A DNA stretch of 64,000 bases from the IMG/VR virus record IMGVR_UViG_3300045988_176106. One strand, given 5' to 3'. Below are positions 41,223-52,224 of this stretch, one piece after another. Under the pieces are notes generated by a model. That model saw only the letters and a list, made by a program, of their open reading frames with translations. It was not told where the DNA came from and did not search any database. Both the position numbers and the translations under genes were made by a program. The stretch is from a virus. Within the stretch, counting starts at the first letter, position 1. Each line of letters begins with the position of its first letter.

Positions 41223-43006
41223 TGGACGCATTAGACGCTCACATCATAATGGAGACTAATTATCTACCTATTGGTGATAGAAAAATATTTTCCAACGCTG
41301 TAAAAACTGCCAATAAGATTCCTAAAAGAAGATTAGATACACCAGGATATTCATATTTTGGATCTAGAAGATATTATAGGAATGACGAATCTGGTTATAA
41401 AGGTCATGAGTATGACCTGTTTGAATATTCCAGAATAATAGATACAGAAGCAATTGTTGCTAGGGCTTTTGAAAGAAAAAGAGCCCTAATATTTAAAAAT
41501 GGATATTTCTTCAAATCAAATAATGATGCTAATATAAAATATATTAAGCAAAGATTAAGAGAGATAGAATATGTATCCGGCGTTACATTTAAGTCTTTTG
41601 TTGAGGAATTGACAAATAACCTTATTATGTTTCATAATGCATACGTTGTACTTGTAAGAGATAAAGACAAGTCAAACGGAAAAACTGTATTTATAGATGG
41701 CAATGAAGTTGAACCTATAGCTGGATGGTTCAATCTTCCAACTGAATCAATGCAGCGGAAGATAAAACCAAATGGTGAAATATCTGTATACAGGCAATAT
41801 ATAGATTCTAATAATTTTAGAGTCTTTAAGCCAGAGAAGATTGCTCACCTAACCTATAATAAACGTACAGGGTTTACTATGGGTACACCGCCATTAGAGT
41901 CTGTAAAAGACGATATAATGGCATTAAGAAGAATCGAAGAATCAGTAGAAACATTAATATATAAGTCCCTGTTCCCACTTATCCACGTCAAAGTTGGTAC
42001 AGAGTCAAAGCCGGCAACTATATTAAGCAATGGTGAAGATGAAGTGGCTTCTATGACTAGTGTTATGTCTGATTTGGATGATTATGGTGGTGTAACTACA
42101 AACGAAAGAGTTGAGATAAAAGCTATAGGTGCAGAATCTTTAGCTCTTCGTGTTGAGTCATACCTAGAATATTTCAAAGATAGAGTAATGCTTGGTCTAG
42201 GTGTTTCAGATCTTGATATGGGTATAGGTGATTCATCTGGTAAAGCTACAGGTCAAATCGTATCTCAGACACTAAAAGAAGCAGTAATAAATATGCAGCA
42301 CGTAATTGCTGACTTTATTACACATAGATTCTTTAAGCCTCTTCTAGTAGAGTCTGGCATGTACTCTGCAGAGTATGAAATATCTGATGAAGATCTAGTT
42401 TCGTTTGAGTTTAATAATGTAGATCAGGATTCTCAAATAAAATCAGAATCTCACATATTGAATATGTTCAATAGCGGACTACTTACATTTAATGAGGCTA
42501 GAAAAGAGAACGGATATAGAGAATTATCTGAAGAGCAAATAAAGGATATAGGTAAAGAGAAGGAATATATACTTCCTCCAACAGAGGTTGACTTAAATAA
42601 AGCCTCTGCTGAATCTACTAGAATATCTGCACATGCAGCATCAGTTGCGTCAAAAGAAACTAATAGTTCTGGAAATTCTACAAAAAGTGATGGAAGTAAA
42701 TCTGAAACAAGATCAAAAGTTTCTCCTACAAACCAGTATTCTGACTCGTTAGAGTTATGTTCTCCAATAGATTTGCTAGATAGTATCGCAAAATCTAAAA
42801 GTGATATTAATATAACCTCTCAAACGATATCAAATTATTTAAAATGCAGCATTGACAAAACGAACATATTTTCAGATAATATAATAGATGATATAAGTTC
42901 TCTTGCAGCATTAGAAATATCAGAGTTAAGAGATAACGAAAATACAATAAAGGATATTGACAATATCCTATTTGACACGTATATTACATTAGGGGACTTA
43001 GTTTGA
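41222..43006 (+). CDS. Portal protein (by position and size)
   Basis: 594 aa, between the terminase region and the protease/scaffold. No motif-level proof. Confidence 0.6.
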   Translation: MDALDAHIIMETNYLPIGDRKIFSNAVKTANKIPKRRLDTPGYSYFGSRRYYRNDESGYKGHEYDLFEYSRIIDTEAIVARAFERKRALIFKNGYFFKSNNDANIKYIKQRLREIEYVSGVTFKSFVEELTNNLIMFHNAYVVLVRDKDKSNGKTVFIDGNEVEPIAGWFNLPTESMQRKIKPNGEISVYRQYIDSNNFRVFKPEKIAHLTYNKRTGFTMGTPPLESVKDDIMALRRIEESVETLIYKSLFPLIHVKVGTESKPATILSNGEDEVASMTSVMSDLDDYGGVTTNERVEIKAIGAESLALRVESYLEYFKDRVMLGLGVSDLDMGIGDSSGKATGQIVSQTLKEAVINMQHVIADFITHRFFKPLLVESGMYSAEYEISDEDLVSFEFNNVDQDSQIKSESHILNMFNSGLLTFNEARKENGYRELSEEQIKDIGKEKEYILPPTEVDLNKASAESTRISAHAASVASKETNSSGNSTKSDGSKSETRSKVSPTNQYSDSLELCSPIDLLDSIAKSKSDINITSQTISNYLKCSIDKTNIFSDNIIDDISSLAALEISELRDNENTIKDIDNILFDTYITLGDLV

Positions 43007-44652
43007 ATCATTTTTCAGAAAAGTCAGGAATCCCAATTATAGTTGATATAGATAGAGATCTTGAAATAAAAATTCAAGACTCTATTAAATCTGGAAGTTT
43101 AAAAAGTGTTACCGTTAAAATGGAGGCAACACATTCCGGAAAAGTAAATGGGAACTACTGGTATTACTCTCCATATGGAATGAGTAATGGAGCTAAAAGT
43201 TTTATTCGCCCATACGCCAAAAGGGTTACAAGAGATCATTTAGATGATTCTGAAACACTTGGCCGCGTAATAGAGGCAAATTATATTTCCTATAGTGATG
43301 CTCCAGAAAAATTACTTAATCCTGTAAATAAAAACTCTATTAGAGAGATAAAAGATTTTATAAAAAGCCCTAATTACAGAAAAAGTGATTATAAAGGGTT
43401 GGGTCATGTTGAGCTTATAGCAAAGATTACAGATCCAGACGCCATTAATAAGATATTAGACAACAAATATGTTTCTGTATCTGTTGGCGGTAATGCTAAA
43501 TCTGCTATATGTTCTGTTTGTGGTGAAAATGTTAAAAATGACCACAGGCATATGAGGGGAGCACAATATAATGGCGAACCATGCTTCTATATTGGAGGAG
43601 ACATGGTTTTTGAACATGTCTCATATGTAGATGTCCCTGCAGATAAAAAAGCAGTATCAACATTAATACGAGATGCTGAAGAGCATAGATCGTATTTATC
43701 AATATTAGATTTTGAAACATCAACACAAGGCAATACAACAATGGTAAAACTGGACGATCTTGATAAGTCAAATACAATCCTTGTAGACCACGCTAAGGAA
43801 TTAGGTATTAAAGACTTTGTATGTCCTACAGACATCAAAGATAAATCAAATTATGTATTTATCGAGGAACAATCATTTCCTATTTCTGATGCATTAAGTG
43901 CATCATTGGTTAAAGATTTCTTCGTTACAAAAATTGAAGATTCAGAAGATAAACAGAGTATCTTGCAACTTGTAGATGAAAAACTAGCTGAGCTTGGGGT
44001 ATCAGATTACACATCTGTAATTGAGGGCGCCAAAGCAACTAAAGATCCAGAAAATGTAGTTAAAGACAGTCTAGACACTGGTGCATTAGCTGATTTAGTT
44101 GTAGCTAAAATTCAAGATTCATTAGGAATTAAAGCTAGTTCATATCAAAGTGCAAGAACTAAAGCATTAGCAAAAGAAAATCAAATACTTTCAAATAAAG
44201 TTGCTGAATTAGAATCACAACTTCGTGATTCATTAGTTTCTCAAATTTCAGCTCTTGATAAAATTGAAGACTCTGATAAAATAGAGAGATTGAAAGAAAG
44301 ATCAATTGATTCTCTTATGGACAAATTGCAAGACATCAAAGATTCTCAGTCAAAAGAAGTAAAAGAGGATAAAGAAGATAAAGATGTCAAAAATGAAGAG
44401 GGTACTGAAGTAAAAGACTCTCAAGATAAAAATACTCTTCCTAAAGATGGAATCGCAATCACAGACTCCGTTGATGGTGAAGGGCAGACAGATACTGGTA
44501 AAGAAGGCGAACCTCAGAATGAAATTAAAGACTCAGAAAGCCTAGTCTTTAAAGATAAAAAAGAACTTGAAGAAGCGTACAGAAAAGTTCTGAAAGAGAA
44601 AGGCCTAACAAAAGCTTTACAATTTAAACGCAGTGCAAAAATTGCTGCATAA
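43003..44652 (+). CDS. Prohead serine protease (S78-like) fused to an acidic coiled-coil scaffold region
   Basis: 549 aa, TTG start with AGGGGA upstream. RDHLDDSETLGRV (His), VSVGG (Ser) and FEHVSYVDVPADKKAV follow the S78 layout. The C-terminal 250 aa are E/D/K-rich coiled coil. Confidence 0.65.
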   Translation: MNHFSEKSGIPIIVDIDRDLEIKIQDSIKSGSLKSVTVKMEATHSGKVNGNYWYYSPYGMSNGAKSFIRPYAKRVTRDHLDDSETLGRVIEANYISYSDAPEKLLNPVNKNSIREIKDFIKSPNYRKSDYKGLGHVELIAKITDPDAINKILDNKYVSVSVGGNAKSAICSVCGENVKNDHRHMRGAQYNGEPCFYIGGDMVFEHVSYVDVPADKKAVSTLIRDAEEHRSYLSILDFETSTQGNTTMVKLDDLDKSNTILVDHAKELGIKDFVCPTDIKDKSNYVFIEEQSFPISDALSASLVKDFFVTKIEDSEDKQSILQLVDEKLAELGVSDYTSVIEGAKATKDPENVVKDSLDTGALADLVVAKIQDSLGIKASSYQSARTKALAKENQILSNKVAELESQLRDSLVSQISALDKIEDSDKIERLKERSIDSLMDKLQDIKDSQSKEVKEDKEDKDVKNEEGTEVKDSQDKNTLPKDGIAITDSVDGEGQTDTGKEGEPQNEIKDSESLVFKDKKELEEAYRKVLKEKGLTKALQFKRSAKIAA

Positions 44653-44679
44653 TAGCTACTAATAGCGGAGTTTTAAAAT

Positions 44680-45552
44680 ATGTTTTCACCATATTCTATT
44701 AATAAAAAACAAAATACAAAACACTATAATAAAGGTGACTGGCAGACCCCAGCGGTGATGTTCTCTGAGGGTATGCACCCTGCAGGCCAGTTTATGCCTG
44801 CCCCATACTTGCCATTTGTTCGTGGTAAGGGCGAAGAAGTATACACCCATGTAGTTGTATCAACTGGTAAAGTTGTTGCATTTGATAGCAATGGTTATTT
44901 GGTTCCAGCTGGTATCCTAGATTCTGATGCTGCTTACACTGTAGTAGATGTACAAGAAGGCGTTGTTGGTCCTGATGGTAATCCTGTAGTAGCTGGCGAA
45001 AAAGTTGCTGACAAAATGAAAGCTGCCGGTATTACAGTTTCTGCCCCAGTAGGCGTTGCATTCTTCGACTACCTGCGTAACCCAGGCGGCGATGGTATTA
45101 ACCCACTGGATCTGAACTTCCAAAACTTAAATTATCAAAACCGTGTAACATTCACTACTGACTATGTAATTGAATTGCCTATTGTTGAGAGCGATGAAGT
45201 TTATGCTAAAGCTCCTATGGCTGGCATTGCTGCATTTATTGCTGCTAAAGGTCCTAATGCTGGGACTGGTACAGTTGCTGATTTCACCACAATTAAACCT
45301 GGTGATTTTGTAACATTTGATAAAAATTCTAACTTGATCGTTACTACAGATAAGACAGGCGACAAAGTTATTGGTCAAGTATTGCAAGTTGTTAAACCTC
45401 GTGCAAATAGCATGTTGAAATATGTTCGCACATCATCAAATGGTGGCGGTGAATTGAATAAGATGCCTGGTAGTGCGACTGATGGTGTTGGTCACAAATT
45501 ATCATATTCTGGTGGCTATGGCTTAGTTCGTGTTAACCTTATAAATAGATAA
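44680..45552 (+). CDS. Abundant head-module protein (decoration or auxiliary capsid protein?)
   Basis: 290 aa, GGAG Shine-Dalgarno, G+C-richer codon usage like the capsid gene. Confidence 0.8.
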   Translation: MFSPYSINKKQNTKHYNKGDWQTPAVMFSEGMHPAGQFMPAPYLPFVRGKGEEVYTHVVVSTGKVVAFDSNGYLVPAGILDSDAAYTVVDVQEGVVGPDGNPVVAGEKVADKMKAAGITVSAPVGVAFFDYLRNPGGDGINPLDLNFQNLNYQNRVTFTTDYVIELPIVESDEVYAKAPMAGIAAFIAAKGPNAGTGTVADFTTIKPGDFVTFDKNSNLIVTTDKTGDKVIGQVLQVVKPRANSMLKYVRTSSNGGGELNKMPGSATDGVGHKLSYSGGYGLVRVNLINR

Positions 45553-45583
45553 TATAGCAAAATAAATTAGGAAAATACATAAT

Positions 45584-46807
45584 ATGTCTACAACAGAAGA
45601 AAAACTGAATATCAGAGACGAACTACAGACCTTACACTCTCTGTTTAAAAACAACGGTCGAGATATCACTGGTGAAGTGATGTCAATTAAAGATACATTG
45701 GCAACTCCGAATATCGCTACAATTATGAAGCGTGTTATTGAGGAAGTTGTTCTTGAAGGTATCGAGCCAAATCTTATTGGTCAATCATTGCTGCAACGTA
45801 TCGAATTCAATGGTCCATATGTTACTGAAGTTAAATTCCGTACACTAGGCGCAATTGATGTTGGTGATATCTCTATGGCGGAAGGCCAAGAATATCCAGA
45901 ATTCAGCACCACTAACGGTGGTGGACAAGTAAGCGCCATTATCGGTAAATACGGTTTGGCTGTCCGAATCACTGAAGAAATGCTGAATAACAACCAATGG
46001 GACGTTGTTGGTTATACCCTGCGCGAACTTGGTAAAGCTATGGCTCGTGCACGTGAAGAAAACATCTTCAATGTAATTAATAACGCGGGTGTTGTTGTAT
46101 TTGATAACTTGCACCCTAACCAATCTCTGTTAGGTCGTACAACTGGTCGTGATCTGTCTGGTGCTGGTAACGGTTCATTTACAGCTGACGATATGTATGA
46201 TATGTATGCATCAACTCTGGAACGCGGATTTACTCCTGACGTAATTCTGTGTCACCCATTGGCTTGGGCAACATTTGCTAAAGATCCAGTTCTGCGTGAA
46301 TATGCTCTGCAAGGTGGTGGTTTGAATGACTGGTTCAACACAATGCCTAATGCTAACGTAGGTCAAGGTAAATTTATTCCTGAAGTTTGGCGCAATGCTA
46401 ACCGCCTGTCTGGTGATACTGCTTTCAATCCTACTGCAAATGAACGCGTTGGTACACAAGAAAGTACATTCAACTTCCCATCATACTTCCCTGGAACTGC
46501 TGGTCTGCGCATTATAGCATCTCCACATGTACGTTTTGATCCAGTAGCCAAAACTACTGACATCATCATGATTGATACTAAAGAACTTGGTGCTCTGTGT
46601 GTTATCGAGAATCCTACTATGGATGAATGGGATGACCCAGCACGAGACATCAAAAAAGTTAAAATCCGTGAACGCTATGGTATTGCAATCTTTAACGAAG
46701 GACAAGCTATTTCTGTTGCTCGCAATGTAAGCATCGAGCCTAATGAAATTGTTCTGCCTCCTCAAGCAATTGTTAATAATATCCCACGTATTCAACGTAA
46801 AGACTAA
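45584..46807 (+). CDS. Major capsid protein (HK97-fold expected)
   Basis: 407 aa, follows the protease/scaffold, G+C-richer, and a strong terminator follows. The call rests on synteny and size. Confidence 0.7.
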   Translation: MSTTEEKLNIRDELQTLHSLFKNNGRDITGEVMSIKDTLATPNIATIMKRVIEEVVLEGIEPNLIGQSLLQRIEFNGPYVTEVKFRTLGAIDVGDISMAEGQEYPEFSTTNGGGQVSAIIGKYGLAVRITEEMLNNNQWDVVGYTLRELGKAMARAREENIFNVINNAGVVVFDNLHPNQSLLGRTTGRDLSGAGNGSFTADDMYDMYASTLERGFTPDVILCHPLAWATFAKDPVLREYALQGGGLNDWFNTMPNANVGQGKFIPEVWRNANRLSGDTAFNPTANERVGTQESTFNFPSYFPGTAGLRIIASPHVRFDPVAKTTDIIMIDTKELGALCVIENPTMDEWDDPARDIKKVKIRERYGIAIFNEGQAISVARNVSIEPNEIVLPPQAIVNNIPRIQRKD

Positions 46808-46837
46808 TATAAACCCATAAGTGTTTATTGGCTAATT

Positions 46838-46871
46838 GGGAGGTAGGGTCTACTCCCTACCTCCCTTTTTT
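46838..46871 (+). terminator. Strong intrinsic terminator after the capsid gene
   Basis: GGGAGGTAGGG-tctact-CCCTACCTCCC-TTTTTT. Confidence 0.85.
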
Positions 46872-46887
46872 ATTGGATTAAAAATAT

Positions 46888-47475
46888 ATGCAAATAAAAA
46901 TTAAATTAGTTGGCTCATCATTCTTATTTGGTGAAAAGTTCTCTATGATAAGAGGACAAGAAAAAGTTCTCGATTCTGACAAATTAAATATTGCAGATCT
47001 TGAAATTATCTCACATTACATTCGTTCAGGTACACTGGAATCAACTGCCAATGCTGATGATATTATGAGCATTGCTCTTGAGTTGAGAGAGCAAGTTTCA
47101 AATGGCGACACAGATAAAGTGTTTCATCTTCAAAATGAGGCATCTGTAGAAGTTGTTGATGCAGAGATTGTTGATGAAAATGGTAATGTTACAACAACTG
47201 CTGAAATTCTGGAAAGAAAACAATTGAAATCAGATATGGAAACATTTGTTGCAGATAAAGTTGTTAATGCTAATGGAGCTCAAGCTCTTGTAGCACTTAA
47301 AAATTCTCCATATCAAACTAAAGAAGATTTAGAGTACGCATTAAATGCAGAAGTTGAATCTAAAAATCGTAAAACAGTTGTAGCGTTAATTGAAGAGCAA
47401 TTAGCCGCTCTTAATACTAAACAAGAAGAGCAGATTCAAGAAGAAGAACAAGAAGAAGTAGTATCAGAAGAGTAA
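46888..47475 (+). CDS. Acidic head-module protein
   Basis: 195 aa, C-terminus EEQIQEEEQEEVVSEE. Confidence 0.75.
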   Translation: MQIKIKLVGSSFLFGEKFSMIRGQEKVLDSDKLNIADLEIISHYIRSGTLESTANADDIMSIALELREQVSNGDTDKVFHLQNEASVEVVDAEIVDENGNVTTTAEILERKQLKSDMETFVADKVVNANGAQALVALKNSPYQTKEDLEYALNAEVESKNRKTVVALIEEQLAALNTKQEEQIQEEEQEEVVSEE

Positions 47476-47482
47476 CATAATT

Positions 47483-48520
47483 ATGTCAGATAATATATTA
47501 AAAGTATTAAATTCAGAAGATGAATTAAAATTTATGCCATTAAAGGGCGCTATAAAACTTAAATTATCTGGCAGTTACTTTCCATATGCGCTTAATGAAC
47601 ATATATCTCTTAAAAGAATTCATAATAAAGAAGGAATAAATCATTATTCTAAATCGTATAGTGATATGTTCAGAATAGATGAATTCAGAAAAGAGGAAGT
47701 AGATGTAGAGTATAAGGATGGCGTAATAACAATTATTCCTAAAGAGATGTTTCAGGACAATTCCAAATACGCCCTTTACATTGATTCCGGTTTAATGAGT
47801 ATATCAAATGTTCATCAAATAAATGGCAATGATACTGATCTTATATCAAGCACCCTTAACGATAAAAATGTTTTAATAAAAGTTTCGTCAGGGTTTCTCA
47901 ACGAAAATAATAAAATATTTGTAGCTAGTGTATCTATTGAAGGGCAGCTTGTAGAAAACTCTAAGCTAATAACAGTTCCTAGTAATATTAATATTAGAGG
48001 AGTAGATATTTCATTTAAAGATGGATTTATCCCTCATATAGACGATGAGATATCAATAACTGTTACAGCATCACAAATACTTGATAAAGATTTTAAATTA
48101 GAATTTGGAACTGGCACAGCAAGCCCATTAGAAGATAAAACTCCTAAATCTACATCTGGTAGGATAGGCGAATCAGACCTGAAAGAGTTTTACAATGGTT
48201 TAAGTGGATCAAATACAGCTAAAACGACTAATGGTGTAACTACAAGTTCTGTATCATACAGACTTGAAGTAAGACAGCCATCAAAAGCTATGATCGTATT
48301 TGATAAAGAAATAGATAAAGACACTACAGATATAAATTCATTTGATGTAGAATTTATGGAGGCATTTGATAATTACCATTTATCCATGATGGGATTATAT
48401 GAATTGCCGAAGTATATATTAGAATTCTCTATAATTAGGGGTGGAAAAGTATTACAAATAGAGCTAATACAAAATGTAAACCCTAGTGCACCAAATGTAA
48501 TACGTAGGTGGAAAGAATGA
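47483..48520 (+). CDS. Structural-module protein
   Basis: 345 aa ORF. Confidence 0.8.
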   Translation: MSDNILKVLNSEDELKFMPLKGAIKLKLSGSYFPYALNEHISLKRIHNKEGINHYSKSYSDMFRIDEFRKEEVDVEYKDGVITIIPKEMFQDNSKYALYIDSGLMSISNVHQINGNDTDLISSTLNDKNVLIKVSSGFLNENNKIFVASVSIEGQLVENSKLITVPSNINIRGVDISFKDGFIPHIDDEISITVTASQILDKDFKLEFGTGTASPLEDKTPKSTSGRIGESDLKEFYNGLSGSNTAKTTNGVTTSSVSYRLEVRQPSKAMIVFDKEIDKDTTDINSFDVEFMEAFDNYHLSMMGLYELPKYILEFSIIRGGKVLQIELIQNVNPSAPNVIRRWKE

Positions 48521-50031
48521 CAGAGTTAGTAGACTATAAAAAGCTTGCAGGAGATAATTATCTTGTAAGGGATCCAGAATTTAAAACTGGGCCAACATTT
48601 ATATATAATACTATTGGAACATTTGCTATCCCATCTGTACATTCTACATTTGACGGATTTGAAGGTCCACCAAGAGCAATCAAAAAAGAGCTTATAAGAG
48701 AAAAAGTCCAAAAGGATAATGGTAAAACTAAGTATGAGACTGTGGAAAGAACAACATTCTTATATAGAGAGCCATTTCATACTTTTAAATACTTTGAAGC
48801 TTTGGGATCTACATATGGCATGCATGAGATAATAAATGACAGAGAAGCATTTGATGGGTCATTCGCATCTATTATAGATAGATGGAAAACTGAGCCTGCA
48901 TATATTGAAAAAATGAATGCACTAAGATCATCTAATGGATATTCATATAACTCTTCTACTATAAATGGTTGTGCCATAACTATACATGCAAATATACAAT
49001 CTGATGGCGAAGTATCATATTCATTTAAAGATCAGATAAAGAAAGACCAATATGACAATGACTATATAGACATACATATTGGGGAATTCCATCTTATGCC
49101 TAATACACCAAGAAATATTTATAGGTGTAATTTGGCATATGATATACAGTTTATAGAAAAAGGTTCTGATAATTTTAATTCAAATATGGATAAAACAGCA
49201 CCTATGCTAACAGGAATTCCAAAACCTAAAGCTACAGAAGATTCTCCAGTAGAATTTTATTTCGGAACAACAAGGTTAGTAGACGAATCGAGTCGCCCTA
49301 AAGAGTTCTATGAAAAAGATTTAAATATAAGACATCCACAATATCTTGAGGCAGGTGCACAAATAAGATGGAAATCTATGAGTGAGCAATGTCAATCATG
49401 GGTAAGGATATATGATGGATTAGATCTAAAGCGTGTAATGTCAAAGAATGTATACAAACCTGGCGCGTATGTATGCAACTCAAAAGTCAAAGTAAATCTT
49501 ACAAAGCTAACAAAGCTTATCAAACAAAATAATCCTGTACCATTATCTACATTTAAAGTTATAATATATCCACCATCATATAATGTACTTGCATATGATG
49601 TAATAGACAGAGTTTCTCATCCTCATTTCTCTATGTTTATATATGAAATGGACTATATAGACTTTGATGTACAAAGAAATTTCAAATCTAGTGGTGGATT
49701 TCAATATTCAATAGAAATATATCATAACGATAAAGAAACTCTTTTGTTTAGAGATTCTACGTCAGATGAGGTAGAAAGATATATAGCTCCACAATATGCT
49801 AATATATTAAAATATGGACTATGGTATCATCATACTAATGGTAATGATTTAAAAACAATAGGAAGAGAATTCCCTGAATTCTCACATACATTCTTAGAAT
49901 ATAAAGGTATAAAAACAGAGGATTATGGAAAAATACGATACTATCCTAATGAGTCATTAATTAAATTTATTGAGAGCAATGGCGGCGTATATATTTCTAT
50001 AACCACATATGATGGAACTAAGAGAGAATAA
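48517..50031 (+). CDS. Structural-module protein
   Basis: The track start is GTG 48508. ATG 48517 gives an ATGA overlap with the upstream stop and has AGGTGG upstream. 504 aa. Confidence 0.8.
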   Translation: MTELVDYKKLAGDNYLVRDPEFKTGPTFIYNTIGTFAIPSVHSTFDGFEGPPRAIKKELIREKVQKDNGKTKYETVERTTFLYREPFHTFKYFEALGSTYGMHEIINDREAFDGSFASIIDRWKTEPAYIEKMNALRSSNGYSYNSSTINGCAITIHANIQSDGEVSYSFKDQIKKDQYDNDYIDIHIGEFHLMPNTPRNIYRCNLAYDIQFIEKGSDNFNSNMDKTAPMLTGIPKPKATEDSPVEFYFGTTRLVDESSRPKEFYEKDLNIRHPQYLEAGAQIRWKSMSEQCQSWVRIYDGLDLKRVMSKNVYKPGAYVCNSKVKVNLTKLTKLIKQNNPVPLSTFKVIIYPPSYNVLAYDVIDRVSHPHFSMFIYEMDYIDFDVQRNFKSSGGFQYSIEIYHNDKETLLFRDSTSDEVERYIAPQYANILKYGLWYHHTNGNDLKTIGREFPEFSHTFLEYKGIKTEDYGKIRYYPNESLIKFIESNGGVYISITTYDGTKRE

Positions 50032-50553
50032 ATGGCAAATATTGAATTAAGACTTTCTACTGGTAGTGCTACCAATAAATCAGTTTCAAATATTAGAGAC
50101 TCTATTGGCGGGAAAATGGCCGAATCTGGTACAATATCTCATATAATAACAGAGAACTCATTCAAATTAAATGACGTATGGGATGATATAAGTCAGGCTG
50201 ATAATGCATCTAATACATCTGATTATAGATGTTTATATATTTACAATAATCCAACTGGACCAAATAAGGGCCCATTTTTGGGCACAAAAATATACGTTGG
50301 TGGTGTAACATATGCTAAATTTACGTTAGCCAAAGTAGATGCAAAAAATACAGATGCTAATATAGCAGCATCAGAAACAACACCTCCAGATGGTATAACA
50401 TTTGAAAAATATACAAAAGAAAATCCATTAAGACTTGATACACTTGATGCAGGTGACAGATACGCAATATGGATTAAGCGAACAGCAGAGAATGTATCTG
50501 GAGCAGGGGAAATTAGAGAAGCATTTGAGCTTAATATTGTAGGTTCAGACTAA
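50032..50553 (+). CDS. Structural-module protein
   Basis: 173 aa. Confidence 0.8.
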   Translation: MANIELRLSTGSATNKSVSNIRDSIGGKMAESGTISHIITENSFKLNDVWDDISQADNASNTSDYRCLYIYNNPTGPNKGPFLGTKIYVGGVTYAKFTLAKVDAKNTDANIAASETTPPDGITFEKYTKENPLRLDTLDAGDRYAIWIKRTAENVSGAGEIREAFELNIVGSD

Positions 50554-50568
50554 TATAAAGGATAAGAG

Positions 50569-52224
50569 ATGGCAGAGATAGAATATGGAAGTTCAGGCAG
50601 TACTAGAGAATCAGTAATGGATTATTTTGATATCTACCTGCCATCTAGTCTTCTAGATCAGTTTGAAGACAGGGTTGATAACTCTTGGGCCCCTGTAAAC
50701 GGATTGACACCGTGGGAATCACCTTCCGGAAGGGATGCATTAAATAAATCTATATTGGCTATGGCATCCGGATTATTTGATAACGTTCCTACACCTAGAT
50801 ACCCAGATGAATGTGGATTCAAAAAATTTAAATTTGATAGAATTTATAAAAGTTATGATACTGAACAGTCTATATCAGATGGGGTAGATATAAATATATC
50901 TGGACAATCTTATTTTTCAAATGAATTAACAAACAGATTATTTAGACATAAATTTATGTCGCCACTTATAAAGGCGTCTAACCCTAGTGAATTAGAGTAC
51001 TATAATTCAGAGATTAACATTGGTGTGACATCAACAGTATTATCTTTATTAATAAATAATTATATAGTTAATAGTGGATCTACTTTTATCGGCAATAAGA
51101 ATTTTGTAAAAGCAGAAGAAAAAAGCAGAAAAGTTCTTGATGGTGGAACATCTAATAGAACAGTAATGATACCAATAATGATATCCAGAAATTTGAACTA
51201 TGGTGAAAATGCCCCAAATGGAATACAGATAGATGTAAATGCCTATAATACTATAGAGTTGGATCAGGATTTTTCTGAAGACCTAAACAAGCAGAAAATT
51301 TTTAATGGTGTAACATTTTTAGGGTATAAGAAGAAAATTACTGGTGTTTCAGTTGGCGGTGCACATTCATACAATAATGATAGCAACATTATAAACGCTA
51401 TAAGATACACAGTAGGTCAAAAATCATTTGCTGTTGCATCAACTGTTCATTGCGAGGGAAATAAGTATTCTGAACTCACATTGATTCCAAGCATTGAGAG
51501 AAATGCCAATTTGGCTTTATCAGGATTAAAATATGATAAGTTGCCAAAAATAAAAAGTCCAACCGAGTTTTTCGTATACATCAATAAAATATATGAGGAT
51601 GGAGGCAGCTACTATATAGATATATTTGTTCCAGATAAAACTATTAAAGTTTGGAATCAAGGGATAAATAATTATGAAGATAAAAATGTAAAGGATATTA
51701 AAATATCTAATATATCTAAAGCTTCAGCAATGATAAGTGTTAATGTATGGAACTATATAGATCCATTTTCGGGAGTTTCAGACGAAAAAAATTCTAATCC
51801 TAAAACGCCGATGTTCGAGGGTGTAGATAGTAGATCTTTACCTGGATTACTAAATAATAATAAAAATTTACACAATCTATTTATAAATAGTATAACAGGA
51901 ATGTCAACATATGGAGTGTCAAATCCAGTAGTTGTCGGATCAGCATTTTCAGATACATCTAATACATTTTGCGGATCATCAATCGTAAAAGATAAATTCT
52001 CAAAAGGCGCCTATATGGTTATTATAGTAGGTATACAATACAATCCATATCTTGAAGACGACTTTATAGGAAGCAAAGTTAAAAGTTCATTTATGTCATA
52101 TATAAATGAGTTTACCCCATCATCGTCTAGGTATGACGGAAGTCTTAGTCAAATTGCCGATATGTTTGGTGTAAGTATAAACTTTAGGCCAATAGGAGGC
52201 AAAACAGATGTATTTGAAGCTTGA
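50569..52224 (+). CDS. Structural-module protein
   Basis: 551 aa. Confidence 0.8.
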   Translation: MAEIEYGSSGSTRESVMDYFDIYLPSSLLDQFEDRVDNSWAPVNGLTPWESPSGRDALNKSILAMASGLFDNVPTPRYPDECGFKKFKFDRIYKSYDTEQSISDGVDINISGQSYFSNELTNRLFRHKFMSPLIKASNPSELEYYNSEINIGVTSTVLSLLINNYIVNSGSTFIGNKNFVKAEEKSRKVLDGGTSNRTVMIPIMISRNLNYGENAPNGIQIDVNAYNTIELDQDFSEDLNKQKIFNGVTFLGYKKKITGVSVGGAHSYNNDSNIINAIRYTVGQKSFAVASTVHCEGNKYSELTLIPSIERNANLALSGLKYDKLPKIKSPTEFFVYINKIYEDGGSYYIDIFVPDKTIKVWNQGINNYEDKNVKDIKISNISKASAMISVNVWNYIDPFSGVSDEKNSNPKTPMFEGVDSRSLPGLLNNNKNLHNLFINSITGMSTYGVSNPVVVGSAFSDTSNTFCGSSIVKDKFSKGAYMVIIVGIQYNPYLEDDFIGSKVKSSFMSYINEFTPSSSRYDGSLSQIADMFGVSINFRPIGGKTDVFEA

